Made by a program: the position numbers and the translations under genes. From the NCBI GenBank assembly GCA_965203295.1, contig CBDBCZ010000011.1:320001-384000 (forward strand): a stretch of DNA of 64,000 nt, given 5' to 3'. The stretch comes from Nitrospirales bacterium (GTDB lineage: Bacteria > Nitrospirota > Nitrospiria > Nitrospirales > UBA8639). Shown in pieces: positions 42,701 to 56,922 of this stretch. How positions within the stretch are numbered: position 1 is the first letter of the stretch; each line of letters starts with the position of its first letter. Below the pieces are notes generated by a model. It searched no databases. It saw only the letters and a program-made list of their open reading frames with translations, and was not told the origin of the DNA.

Positions 42701-44794
42701 TGGCTGTGAACACTTTGTATTTAAAAATAAAGCAGACACTTTCTCCCGCACAAAAAGATTCATCTGTCAAAGAGCAGCGAGGATGAACGATATTATTATG
42801 GACAAAGGCCTATTCACTTACTCTAACACTGTCATTGTACTCGAAAACATATTTCACTCATCCCCTTCCAGCCTTGACTCCGCAACCATTCACGACCTAC
42901 TTAACTTTTATTCAATTGGCACTGAGCGAATGTTTAATTACATAAGAGATTATATACTAGCTCCCCCAAGTGAAATTCCGAAAAAGAAACATAGACTTGT
43001 TAAGTTACGGACATTTAGTAGCAAGCCAGCTATACCTAGGGCACAGAAATCCAAAATGAAACAGATCACCAATATTGCAACAAATGCTATGCGTCTCCTA
43101 CAGTCACATGGAATAATGGCTCAAACATCAGACTACCCACTTGCAATGGCAAACCTTGACGGTACAATGAGAAAGGCCAATAAAGCTGAATTTAGATCAA
43201 GTCTTTGTAAACATACTGAGTTCACTGGAGCATTTATTACTACAAGTCCAACCCTTTGCAACACTTTCATCATAGATTTCTTGTACTTTATTCACATACC
43301 ACCTCCTCCAGATGTGGCTAACTATTCCACCTATTTCTCTTACTTATGGGAGAGAGCCATCGACAAACTCGGTATAAAGCGTGGCTTCAACTGCATCTAC
43401 ATTGTTTTTGATAAACCGGACTTTCTGCCACCTCCAAGGACACTTGTTCACCAATCGCGAGCAGAGAAAGTGGGTAAACTCAATGACCAACCCTACACTA
43501 TTGCAGACAACCAGGAAATACCTCACAATGGATTTACAGCATTATTATCTTTAAAGGAATACAAGGCAGATCTAGTTCAGTATATATCCTTTAAGCTAAC
43601 TAGCAAGTGTGTATTAACTTCAGGAGCAGAAGAAATTACATTCATTATAGATTCCCCAAGTGCTCCTTCACCTTTTCTCATAACTCAAGGCTCCATACAA
43701 CAACACCCCCCCAATCAGCACGGGGAGGCAGACTACGCCGTTTGGCATCATACCATTCACTCACCTAGTAGGAACATTGTGATCTTCTCCGGAGCACAGA
43801 CACATGGGTCTAAGGACTTGGCTTGTGTGAACTAGGATGGCTGGAGGGGAAATCAGTGTTTGTTCAGAGAACTGAAACAAGTGAGTATGTAGATATAGGC
43901 AGCCTAGTGTGCAGCATAAGAGGACATCCTAAGCTACGGCAAATTGCACATCCTGCATGTTCACTGGTAGCATTGTATGTGCTCAGTGGCTGTGACTATA
44001 CCAGTTCCTTCTATGGTTGCACAAAACAGCGGTTCCTAGATACATTTTTAGATAACATTTCCTACATTTGTGCACAACCTTCAGGCTCACTCGTTACCAA
44101 CACAGAAGGCACATTCACAATACCAGAAAATACTTGGATACGTCTCATAACAGCAGTATATTTCTATAAACACTCTGATTTCTTCCGTCACAAAGCTATT
44201 TCTGATGTTTACAACCTCCTCACACAATTTCCCGATGCAGAAGAAGGAAGACAATTTCTTTCATGGGTTGGTTACCGATCAGCCAGTGTTAGTACTCTTG
44301 AACAGTGGCATGAATTCATGCAACGAGTCACTTTTCATGCTAGCTCTGTGACAAAGGTGTATGAATACAAGCTTCTTCCCACAATATCTGCTCTGTTTCT
44401 TCATCTAAAGCGTGCTAATTACGTTCTTAGAATGGTATGCAGCTCACCTCAGTCATCATGTTCAGACCTTGACAACTTCTCCCTCTTTGGCTGGCAACGA
44501 AATGGCACTGACATCCAGATTGAATGGGATTCCTCTCACCCCACTCAACATTCCACCACCAAATGCACTTGCACAACAGGGTGTTCATCCGGAAGATGCT
44601 CCTGTTTCAAGAACTGTTCCGCATGCACTGCAAAGTGTAGATGTAGTCGGTGTAATAATCCACACAATGATGGCAATCACTGTAGCAAATGCTCTTCTAA
44701 CGACACTGATGAAAGCGAAAGCGAAGAAAGTGGAAACGAAATCTCCAACAATGAACTTGACGACATCTACATGAGCAGTGGCGATGAACTATAA
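39744..44794 (+). pseudogene. Frameshifted Academ transposase / XPG-like nuclease / Cys8 zinc-finger polyprotein
   Basis: Six abutting or overlapping ORFs with motifs SVDNLN, LHGDWH, ALDEAHESVIN, IVFD, HGEAD, LSGCDYTSSFYG and a C-terminal CTCTTGCSSGRCSCFKNCSACTAKCRC. Confidence 0.8.
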
Positions 44795-45021
44795 AGTTTA
44801 TGTGTTAATAAATCTGTATTAAAAGCGTAATTTTGTCATTTTATCAGTATTTACCGTGTTCTGATAGGCTGTTTAACGCACAGAATATTGCATGGAGGCA
44901 ACACTGAAGTTATGCCTGCTGACAGTCTCAGGATCAAAGACTAAAATAATTATACAAAATACAGTCTAATATCTATGCCCGGCCAGACAAACTCGGGCAC
45001 AAACTGCGCTAACAGCTATTA

Positions 45022-45471
45022 CCGTATCCGCTCTAATTAAGGCGCCCTTAAAAATTAATTATGACCCTCGCAGCTCGAGAGGCGCCTTCATTGGAGCGGA
45101 AAAAAAATTCCTTCGGGGTCCGGGGGGCGCCTTATTTAGAGAGGCGCCTTCTAATATAATTAGAGCGAAATTTTGACGTTCGCGTAAATTATATCGATCA
45201 ATTGCTGTCAGCCTAGCCCAACGGTATAAACCCACCACGATACGAGAATGAAGCAGCTACTGCGAGAATTTCAAGGCTCTGCCATGCCACTGACAGCATT
45301 TGATCGATATTACGAACTCGATTACGAACGTGAAAATTTCGCTCTAATTAGAACGCGCCCCCTAAAAATAATTTCCGGGGCCAGGGGGCGCCTTACTTAG
45401 AGCGAGAAAAATTGTTTTCTCTTCGAAAGGGCGCCTTTATTAGAGAGGCGCCTTAATTAGAGCGGATACGG
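45022..45471. mobile_element. TA-flanked MITE nested in the Academ element
   Basis: TIR ccgtatccgctctaattaaggcgcc / ggcgccttaattagagcggatacgg, TA on both sides, multiple internal ggcgcc motifs. Confidence 0.85.
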
Positions 45472-46179
45472 TACATGAGGTACAAGCACAGCTTATGGCT
45501 GTATACCCACTCGTACAGTATTTTCACGTACCTGAAGCGCCGACACTCCATCGTCTAAAGCCAGAGATCCACCAACGGCCAACAAACAAACATTGCTAGC
45601 GCTTCTCGTGATTGCGGTCTGTGACGAGTAGGCGTTATCACGAGCTCAGTTAAACGTCAGCGGAAGTACTTACAAAATTTTCCCACGCCGAAATAACACG
45701 CCCATTTCTACGACGCGTTCGTGTAGACTACTGATGAGAAATTCATACTCTGTTATGTACATGGTGCTGTATAATCATAGTACAGACACTTGAGACTCAC
45801 CATGCACTCGATCACCACACACCACATTCTATGGCATTCCACAAACTTGCAATTAATGACCTACATGTACTGTGGAGTGTATATATATACCACACTGTCA
45901 CATGCCTATACACACCGACACTCCCACTGTATAGTTTTCAGTAATATAGACAATGACAAAAACTGGAGGCCAAGGATCCATGTCTCATAGTTTCCGGAGT
46001 CAAGTATGGTTAATCTTGTAGCAGTAACAGAAGAAACATGCATGATTGTGCTGGCCATGCAGCACTATAGGAATAATTATGCACGATGATTTATGAGACT
46101 GCAGTGCTAGTCTCACTCTTACCTTACAGACTGATGCCATTATTGGTACAAATAGTTATTTTATTTTTCGAAAAAAGGT

Positions 46180-46460
46180 TTACACTTGTATTTATGACTC
46201 AAGCGCACAGGTGGAGTATACTTGGACTATATTTATAGTGCGTTGGAACAGGCATCGCAGCAGATCCAAGGAAGCTGTGTGACCTCGCCTCTCTCCGGGA
46301 CTTAATAAATATGTATACCTCCAATTTTCAGGATATTTGGCTGTTGCTGAGCCCCTCTATGCCTTAACGAAAAAAGATGTTCCCTTAATTCAAGTGGACC
46401 CAGAAGCCTTCGATCATCTGAAGCAAGACTTGCTATATAGCACTTCCTAATCCATACACA
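46180..46460 (+). pseudogene. Highly decayed Gypsy-like RT/RNase H connection fragment
   Basis: Fragments read QVEYTW/..GIAADPRK and PLYALTKKDVP; multiple frameshifts. Confidence 0.4.
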
Positions 46461-47290
46461 GCTGTGACTTGTGGACTGATGTACATCCTTGTGGCTATGC
46501 TCCAGTGGTACCGTTACGGTAGCTTCCTGATGCCATGCCTCAAGGTGGGTCGTATATCTCAACCATGAACGCCATGCAGTTTCCTCATGCTGCTCTCACT
46601 GTATAGTTCTCATGCAGTCAAGCCATCCCACACATAGAGCTTATCACCAATGTGAGCAGCATGGTGCCAAATCCTGGGGCATGGTTCGTAGTATTTATAG
46701 GCTTACTGCAGTGGAAAACCTGTAAGGCAGCCGAGAGATAATATTTTTGACAATGAACACTGCCACTGTCAGCATGAGTCTTATGATTTTGCCATGGGTG
46801 AGCCACTGCAAATACATTCAATTGCAAGCAGCAGACCTCTGTTATAGCCTGTTTACACACTGATCCAATATAGCTCTAGTGTGAGATTCCACTAGCTCAG
46901 TTTCTTTTTGGATGAGCAGCCTTTCAGTATCACTTGATATTGATTCGTGCAGTAGTATTAGTCTGAAGGATGAGTAAAACACAAGCAAGATGATTCCAAC
47001 GCCCAGCGCTATTTAAATGCTACCCATCTGATCATAACTTCATACACATGCATGAGGTCGACATACTGGCCCCACCCACTAGTGAAATTCCTCACAATAT
47101 TAAAGTAATATCACTTGGTACATGTATAAGTAATATTACATGTAATTTTAAAAAAATGACTAGAATTCTTCATCTACAATGTGTCTACAGTGTCATAATG
47201 TGTATACTTATAGCTAAAATGTGATAAGTCTATGTTTATGGTAGAACGTGCATGTTATGTAATCACTTTAGACAAGACGAGTGGTTACAA

Positions 47291-50148
47291 TCACTTTAAA
47301 ATTTCAGTGCTGCTAGTTCTAAGACTAATCTGTTTAAGACTCTGCTGTGTGTGGCGTTTCTTCAGCCGGCGTGAGAGTATCTTCTTTATTTCTTGAACAT
47401 TCAACACGTATATAAGGTTGACAACAGGGAACATTCCAACTATAAGGAGGGCAGCTATCAGTACCATTCGGCTATTAAACCTTTCAAAGTTTCTTGCACA
47501 AACGTCTTTGTTGCTATCGGCACCAGTCGATTCGCACAGAAAATAGTCAGAAATATCTGCGATGAAGCTCGGGCGGTTGGTGGCTGGAATGGTAATGGCA
47601 GTAAGCATGAAAAAGCCAAGCAAGAAGTAATAGCATAAAGCAATAAGGATTCTGATCTCTGCCTTGTTCATACGCAAATGTTGTCTGATGTTCATATACT
47701 TTGCCTTAAAATTCCAACCCTGAAAATGAAAATGGCATTAGTGAGAATGTAATCATTTGAGACTGCTGTATAGGACAGCAGCAAGATATATAAGTTAGTC
47801 ACCTTTTCTTTAGTGCATTCTTTTTGTCGTGGAGTTTTTGTCCTACGTATAAGGATCGAAAAAATTGTTATGATGAGGGATACTCCAATCCCCAACAGCA
47901 GACTTCCAGGTGGTACAAACGTATAGAACAGAACATCTACATCCTTTGCAACACAAATAAACGGAGGGAAAAAAGGCGGAGCACTCCCTCCAGTAGCAAT
48001 AACAACAGCTACTGCTACAAATGGAAGAGCAATTGCCACAGCCACCATTCCGATATGAAGGAACTTAAAGTGGGCTCTCTGCTGAAAGCTTCTGGCATGA
48101 AACGGAAACTTTATGCCCCAGAGTACTCCAGCGATGTGTGTGATCCAGAGAAACAGCTCCAGGAGGAAGGAGTAGTGAAACAGTGCACCTGTATGTAAAA
48201 GAAAAATTATATTGCACGCAAACTAGAATATACAGTATACAATGTCATGTTTTATACTTCTTAAATTATTGAAGTTGTATGGAAGCTGTTTTAAGCTCAA
48301 AATCGTGGGTCACTAGGTATCAAATACGTAAAAAGGATATGTAATGAATGAATAAATTATAAGAGCTTCATTTAAAAATTCTGTTTGGTTTTATGCTGAT
48401 ATCACATGAGAGGTATACGTACCTTGTAGATTGCAGTAAAATAGTGTTGAACTTTGAAATGCACTTTCTACAAGATTTTGTGACTTGCAGAAAAACTTAG
48501 TTCTGCTTGTGTAGCCAATCAACAACGAAATTTCAAACAGGCTCAATGGGAACATTTCATAGACAACGAATACCGCCGGGAATTTGAACCTATACAAAAA
48601 ATTAAGAGGAAAATTAAACATACTGCAGACACGTGATATCTTATACGATTCTTACGTACATGCGCTCGTGCTGAATGCAAGAGAGCGCCAGTACCACTGC
48701 AGCAGAAACAATGTATACAACTGCTTGAAACACAACTACAACATCTGTGATCACGATAACTGCATGAGGCAACTCTTCCCACTCTCCACACTTTGGCTGG
48801 CATGTTCCTCCGGCATCATAGAAGCCATCACTGCACACTAGTGCAGGAGTAACATTGGGTCGTGACGACATGTCAGCAGCTCCACTTGTTGAACTCTCAT
48901 TTCCTATATTTGTATCAAAAAGTTACATCATACTCTCACAATATTTTTATGGCATGCAGCTAAATTATACATGGGAACATTATTAGGTGAACATACCTGT
49001 ACATGTTAAGGTGATGTTTGGGAATGAATCACACTGTGGTACTTGAAGAGTTGGAAAATTTGCGATTAGAGGCATAGCTCGTTGAAACTCTGGTGCACAC
49101 GTGTTCATGAGCACAATGCAGTTCTCCAGAGAGGGTAGATAAAGTTTCTTAGTGTTGCTGTCACAAACTCCAAAAATTGAAAAACAGATGAATGGTACAA
49201 TTGCCTCACTGCATTGTTCACTTGGGGTGAGCAGTTGCAAGCCTGATAAAAATTGCATGGCCTGTGTCTCCAGCTCTTGTTGGGGCTCCCTCACAGGTAT
49301 CAATATGTCACTATCTCCAACACCAGTAAGACACTCCTGCTGTGCTTGCAAGTATTCTCTGCATACAGCACCAGTGTAGACCACTGGAGTGCAGAATGAT
49401 CCATTTGTGCTGACTCCCCCTTCACTTGCGACTGGAATATTCTGAATCAAAGAATTAAACGATTTATATAATACTTCCCTTCTTTTTGGTGGTGGAAAAC
49501 AAAACAGCAAGCGGAAACATGTGACTAATCGATGTTAGTGATTGCTTGTAAGTAATAAATTTATACACACTGGATTGTATTCGTAGTAATCTCTGATAGT
49601 ATAATATACTGACGTACGATGTAGGCCATAACTTTAATTCTATATGCTACAACTATCCTAGCCCACCTCTTTGCAGAGGAGGAGAATACTCTTATCTTGC
49701 ACAAGAGCCTGGGCAAAAGGTTACAACTATATAGCTGTGTCATTGATAGCCTAAAAGTAGCCGTATGAGGCAGCTCTTCCCAGGCCATTCTCCACACTTT
49801 GGCTGATATATACGTTCCTCATAGCAGCCATCACTACACACTAGTCTACGGGAGTAACATTGGGGGTCTTAATGACACTACAGCTCCCCCACTTGTTGAA
49901 GTATGCAGGTGCATTTTCTTATTTACTCTCCTCCTCCACAAGAGCCTAGGCACAAGGCTATTACAACTATGCTAGCCTAGTCTTTTACAAGATCTTCATA
50001 ATTTACTTAATTTTGTCCAAGAACTTACTTGAGGAAGGTGATAGAAGACTATGGGTAGAGACAGAAGGAGCCAGAACACGACAATCACTACCCATATTAT
50101 CCCCAGCTCTGTGCACCTCCTAGGCTTGGACTGCGCTTTATTGGCCAT
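47291..50148 (-). CDS. Frizzled/Smoothened-like CRD-7TM receptor, copy 2
   Basis: Same six-exon structure as copy 1: first exon ATG at 50148 (MANKAQSKPRR...FYHLPQ|gtaagt), CRD exon ~49442-48997, last exon ending at 47291. Confidence 0.8.
49763..49901 (-). pseudogene. Degenerate duplicate of receptor exon 3 inside intron 1 of copy 2
   Basis: Aligns by eye to 48765-48892 (gaggcagctcttccc, ctccacactttggctg, gccatcact, ggagtaacattggg, ccacttgttgaa) with indels. Confidence 0.7.
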
Positions 50149-53119
50149 TCCTGTAGCTAAGAAACTCCTTGTGGCCCAGTGAGGGTTCTGGTCTGTCCTA
50201 TGTGGCAGTCTGTTTATGCTGAAGCACAGTGGGAGTATACTAGTGTAAGGCTGTAATCGTATCCACTGATGAGAAATTCAAACACTGTTGTGTACAGAGT
50301 GCGAACGTGCAGACAATCTTAATCAAGGTCTACCACTCCAATTCCAGTATGCTGTGATGCTCACTTAATACATACTTGTGCATGTGGGTGAGAGTTCAGA
50401 TGATACCAGATAAAGTGGGCAGAGTTGACGATTGTGGTTGGTCAATGCAATATGAAATTACAAACTCATTAATGATCCAGTAGGCTGTAACTTGAACTGC
50501 ACTAGTATCTTATAGGTAGTGATAGTGAAATACTAGTAGCTATAGTAATAGCCTCAAGAGTAGTCTATAGTCTTACTCTCAGACTTTGGACTTCAGCTAA
50601 CAATATTTCCAGGAACTGATCATACCCATATTAATATCTTTACTTCTGTTCTGTCCAGATACAATCTGTCACCAGCCTTAGCGTCTCATGCTACAGTAAG
50701 GCTAGCTATTTCTGTTAGTTATTTCACAAACAGCTTACATAGATTTAGCCACACTGTGCAGATATGTCTTGCAATAACTTCCTTTGATTCCTCAATAAAA
50801 CTATAATTAAATCACTTTCGAGTTTCACACTACAGTTCCTGTTCTACATTCCCAAGCTGAAGGTGCATGACATTGAAGGAACGTGTTCCTTTAGAGATTT
50901 CATAGGTGTATCTGACTGATATTTGGTGGTAATGTGCACAGAATCCTCCTTACTATTTAAGTCTAGCATCTCATTATCACTATTTCCTTGACCTAGTGAC
51001 TACAGTAGGCATTAGCCATGCATGTTGGCATCTTAATGAATTCATCCTACTTGAAAACCTAAATTGGTAACTAGCCATGTGGAAGCAACTATCATGCACG
51101 GATAATCTTGACATATACAGGGCCAGCTGTATATAAGAATGACTATACATGATCATTATCTATTCATAGAGTATTATTTTGTAAGCTTAAGTCACCACAG
51201 ACAGATAGCTACTACTGTAACGCATGCGGTACACTGTCACCAAGATACAGTATATCTTGGTGATGGTGTACCGCATTATTTTCTGAATTGTTGTCATTCC
51301 CGACTTCCCGAACCCTCTCTATCACTGGGTGTTCCCACTGTGACTGCAGCGCCTATTCCCTATTGTGTGCCAATTATTCCCAGTGGACTAACAATGATAC
51401 TGCATGAAAACTGAAAGGTATCCTAATCATTATTACTGCATGCACTCAATAGCTTGAGGCCTAAAAAAACTAAAACAGCCCTTATACCTATCCTAACCTG
51501 CGGAACTATATCTACACTACTGCAAAACCTTACATTACAATCTAGTTAAGCATATGACCTATTTAATTGAGCATATTGCAATCAGGCACAATAAAATCCA
51601 AATGGGCAAATTAGAAAGTAGAAAAATAGAAATCATGAAAAAGAAAAGAGTAACCAAGAGACCCGGAAAAAAACCAGAGACAACCCAGCCCGTGACCGCA
51701 GAAAGTTAAAAATTTTGAAAATAGTTAAAAAGTTTTTTTAAAAAAGTTTAAAAGGGGATCAAATAGGTCTTCCCTCTGTTAAAAAACCTTTCGGAGAAAT
51801 TCCCATGGTCTCGGCTTAACTGTAAGGTCTTACCGAATCCAGCAGGAGCCTCCTAGAAAAAGTTTAAAAAGGTTAAAAAGCTTATGAAACTTTAAAAATT
51901 GTAAGAGCGGCCCCAAACCAAGCCATGCACTTGGACTGTATCAGTGCAATGTCATATATATATATATACCTTACACAATGTTTGCATGTTTCCCATAATA
52001 GTATAGTACACATTCCCAAATGTGAAGATTTTCTGTAAATTAATCATTGTAATCCTTATGCTACAAAAAAATATGTGGGAGTGCATGAAATACACACCAT
52101 GAACATACATAGCTATCATAAAATGTGATGATAATATGGGAACTCTTAATATGTATAACCGCCTTACTGTAGACAAGGTATGTGCGTACAACCACCTCAA
52201 AGGCACAGCATGTAATCAATTCTGCATGTAGCAGCACACATTCAAAGCAAATGCACAAGCTGGCTGAAGGAGGCACATTACATTTTGTCATTTGACGTGT
52301 TCACAAAAGCTGCTATAGAGTACAAACTACTACTACTACATGTAGTCTTGCCGTGTGTGGCTATCTGACTGTGGTAACTTAAGCTACACTTTAGGTAAAC
52401 ATAATTATAGCCATCAGCATGACATGGTATCTTGGTAATATTGCCTATTTTCCTGGAATTCAACACATTGTTGTCATTCCTGACCTCTTGAACTCTCTGT
52501 ATCATTGGATGTTCTGACGGTGACTGCAGTGCCTATTAACTACATGTATACTGTGTGTTCAGCTTCGTTCCCAGTCCTTCCCACCCAAGCTTTTACCTTG
52601 CAGCCATGTGAGAGCAGGAATGGGAAGGACTGGGAAACTGAGGCTATACACTGTGTGTTCATTATCCTCAGTGGACTTGACAGTGTACAGCTACATGCTG
52701 CTTACAGTGGTACAGTTTTACAGGCTAGCATCCTTATAATTGCAGAGATGATTAATTTTTAAATTACAGAAAAGTCTTTACGTTGCAGCTAGCTGTGGAT
52801 TCTTTTATGAAATGTATGGGATTCATTCAACACTCACAGTAATACCACTTTCCCCTCTCTCATATATTAGCTACAGCAATTTATAAGCAATACCAAAACA
52901 ATGCATGTCCCAGTAGGCCTACAGAAACAGAATAAGAATCTAACTACTACATAACTGATAAACAAGCCTTGGAAAAGAACATAGTTTATGTACATCAAAA
53001 AGTATTGTCTAGGTAATAAATATAGTAAAATGTGCCCAGTGGCCTTGGGTTACATTCATAGTACACTTAATTGAAAGTATATACTAAGTTTCCAGTCTTA
53101 TCTTGTATGATATGTACAA

Positions 53120-55576
53120 TCATCTCAACGTTTCTGTGCTGCTAGTAACTCTGAGGCAGATCTGGCTGAGATGTGTGAGGCTGTGTTGTGTGCGGCGTCT
53201 CTCCAGTGGCCGGGAGAGTATCTTCTTCGTTTCTTGAACGTTTAATACGAATAGAAGGTCAACGATTGGCAACACTCCGATCAGAAAGAGGCAGGTTGTA
53301 AACACAATTCGGCTATCATACTTTTCAAAACTTCGTTCACAAGCATTCTTGTTGGGATCAACTCCTGTTGATTCACAAAGAAAATAGTTAGAAGCGGCTG
53401 CAATGAATTGTAAATAGTTGACGGCTGGAACGATAACGCCAGAAAGCATGAAAGCACCTACCAAAAAATAATAGCATAAAATAATGAGAATTTTGATCTC
53501 TGGCTTGTTCTTACGCAATTGTTGTCTGATGTTCATATATTTTGCCTTAAAATTCCAACCCTGTAAGTGAAAATTTATATATCATTACATGTGAATGATT
53601 CATTAGTTATGATTGGCTAGCACCAAGGTATGTACCTCTTCTTCAGCACATTCTTTTTGTTGCGAAATCTTTGTCCTGCGTACGAGAACCAATAAAATTG
53701 TTGCAACCAGAGATATTCCAATTCCAAACATCAGACATCCAGGTGGTACAATAGTATAGAACAGAACATCTATGTTCTTTGCAGCACATATAAAGGGAGG
53801 GGAGAAAGGAGCAGCACTCCCTCCAGTAGCAATAACAACAGCTGCTGATACAGTTGGAAGAATAAATGCCACTGCCACCATTCCAATATGGAGGTACTTA
53901 AAGTGGGCTTTCTTTTGGAAGTTTCTTGCATGAAAAGGAAACATCACGCCCCAGAATACTCCAGCCATGTGTGTGAGCCAGATAATAGATGTCGAGATGA
54001 ATGCATAGTGATACACTGCACCTGTAAAAAGACAAGAATTTACATGCAGACTTAATTTAATTTCAGAAGTGAATTACATGTAAAAGCAATTAAGGCTATT
54101 ATGGTGATAGATCTCATGCTAGGAGAGACACACAGTTTTTCACTAAGGGCTGTATATACCTTGAAGATTGCAGTAAAATGTTGAGCTCTGAAATGCACTT
54201 TCTAGAAAACTCTGTGACTTGCAGAATAACTTTGTCCTGTTTGTGTATCCAATCAACACCAAAACTTCAACCAGGCCCATTGGGATTAGTTCATATAGAA
54301 TAAATATTGCCGGAAACTTGAACCTATGAAGAAATGAGAGGCATAAATTATTTACACTGCAGCTATACTTGACATCATGCAATTGAGTGTTTGATTTAGC
54401 TTACATGCGCTCATGCTGAATGCAAGAGAGCACCAGTACCACTGCAGCAGAAACAATGTACACAATTCCTTGAAATACAAGCGCAACATCTGTGATCACA
54501 ACAGTCTCATGAGGCAACCCTTCCCACTCTCCACATTTCGGCTGGCACGTTCCTCCGGCATCATAGAAGCCATCACTGCACACTAGTGCAGGAGTAACAT
54601 TGGGTCGTGACGACATGTCAGCAGCTCCACTTGTTGAACTCTCATCAGTTGTGTTGCCTATAATTATAAATCAGATCATAACTATACACCATATACTCAT
54701 ACAATCACACAATTATGTACTATGTGGCTTGCGATTAATATAGACACGTATGAAGGCATGTGTGTTATTCATACCTGAATGTATTGAGGGGATGTTCGGG
54801 AATGATTCACATGCAGGTAATTGAGTTGGAATATCTTCAAATAAAGACATAGCTCGTTGAAACTCTGGCCCACATGTGTTCATGAGCACATTGCAGTTCT
54901 CCGAAGAGGGTAGATGAAGTTCTCTAGTGCTGTTGTCACAAATTCCAAAGATTGAGAAACAGATGAATGGTACAATTGCCTCACTGCAGTTGTCACTTGG
55001 GGTTAGCAGCTGCAAGCCTGCTAGAAATTGCATGGCCCATGTCTCCAGCTCTTGTTGGGGCTCCCTCACAGGTATAAATATGTTGCTATCTCCAACACCA
55101 GTAATACACAGCTGCTGTGCTTGCAAGTGTTCTCTGCATACAGTACCAGTATAGACCACAGGAGTGCACGATGCATTTGTGCTGACTCCTCCATTACTTG
55201 CAATTGGAACATCCTGAATCAAAGAGCTTTTTATGATGCACTTAAAACATGCATATACAGGAAAATATTTAACACGGTCTGCTAGTCAGGCAATAAATTA
55301 AGTTTCTAAGTTAAATGTGTATATGAGGCCATGTTATGACATTGAGGAAGGAGTGAGTTTTTATTCATCGACTTCATACCAAACTGGTACAGATGTGATT
55401 GATTAAGTGATTATTCATGCACATATTACATTATTCGGCGTGCATTTACTTACTTGAGGAAGGTGATAGAAGACTATGGGTAGAGACAGAAGGATCCAGA
55501 ACACGACGATCACTGCCACAGCTATCACCAGCCCTGTGTACCTCCTAGGCTTGGACTGCAATTCTTTGCCACCCAT
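53120..55576 (-). CDS. Frizzled/Smoothened-like CRD-7TM receptor, copy 3
   Basis: All six exons present (ORF-track 54713, 54401, 54143, 53603, 53120); first exon ATG at 55576. Confidence 0.8.
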
Positions 55577-56922
55577 TCTTGATCAATTGGCTTCTGTAAT
55601 AGCGTTAGTCAGCTCTCTACTCTTATACTAGTAACGGCTTTATGGCTTGGAGGAGGCAAGAATCAAATTTTGTCATTGAAGCTGTATTTGTGAATAGAGT
55701 ATGGAATTACAAACTACTCAGTTGCCACGTGTTATAGTAGCTATCTGATTGTGCTGGGTAACTTTAACTGCACTGTACAGTACTGAGGTGATCTTAATGA
55801 GCTATCAGCATGACACTGTATCAATGTTACCACATTCTATTTTCCTGGAATTGAACACGTTCTCATGACATAAACATAATTAGCTATCCCATGACATTGT
55901 ATCAATGCTACCACATTCTAATTGAACACATTCTCATATCGTTAATTGTCATCCCTGACCTCTCGAACTCTCTGAATCACTGGGTGTTCTAGCCTCGTAC
56001 CCATGCAGGCCTGGTTTTATGGGTGCTCCTACTGTGACTACAGTGCATGCTTATTATCTACTGTGTGTTAATTACCCTCAGTGGACTAGACATGTCAATA
56101 TCATCGAAGGCCAGGCTGCACGTAACAGTATATGGTGTCTGGTGTTCTTTGTGAATATGCCACGTGTATAAACATTTTAATCATGCATATAATAATTATA
56201 ATCGTGATACATGAGCAAAACTTGATATTGGTGAGCTGGAGGCAATGCATAATATATAGATGATGTTTATAGCTATGTATTACGTTTAGAAGCTATATAG
56301 TAAACACCCTCGGCATGGCATTGTATCTTGGCAATATTGCCTATTATCCTGGAATTCAACACATTGCTGTCATTCCTGACTCAAACTCTCTGCATCATTG
56401 GATGTTCCCACCATGACTGCAATGCCTAATAACTACATGTATACTGTGTGTTCAGCTTTGTTCCCAGTCCTTCCCACCCAAACTCACAGCCATGTGAGAT
56501 AAAAGCTGGGAAAAGGCTATATAGCTACTGTGCATTAAGTATTATCCTCAGTGGACTTGACAATATACTGAACTAGCTATATGCTGCTTACAGTGGTATA
56601 GTTTTAGAGGTTAGCATTCTTTTTGGAGCAGTGATAAATTCACAGAAAAAAGCTGTATTTTGTGGCTGTGAATTCTTTTATGGAAGGTAAGCTAGGATTG
56701 ATTCGACACTCACAGCAACACTTTTATTATACAGCAATTTATAAGCAATGCCGAGATAATGCATGGCCCCTTAGGCCTACAGACACAGACTAAGAGTCTA
56801 ATGAGGTACATAAATCATAAAATATCATACATACATCAAGAAGTTTTGTCTAGGTATTAGAGTACAGTCAAATGTGCCCAGTGGCCTGCCTCGGTCATTA
56901 TAAGCCAGGACTGTATGTACAA

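Larger units (their letters stand above)
34783..45730 (+). mobile_element. AcademX-type DNA transposon (~10.9 kb), decayed, with nested insertions
   Basis: Perfect 16-bp TIR TAGTCTACACGAACGC at 34783 and its reverse complement ending at 45730; flanks CTGG/CTGA. Internal ORFs carry transposase, XPG-like nuclease and Cys-rich finger motifs. Confidence 0.8.
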
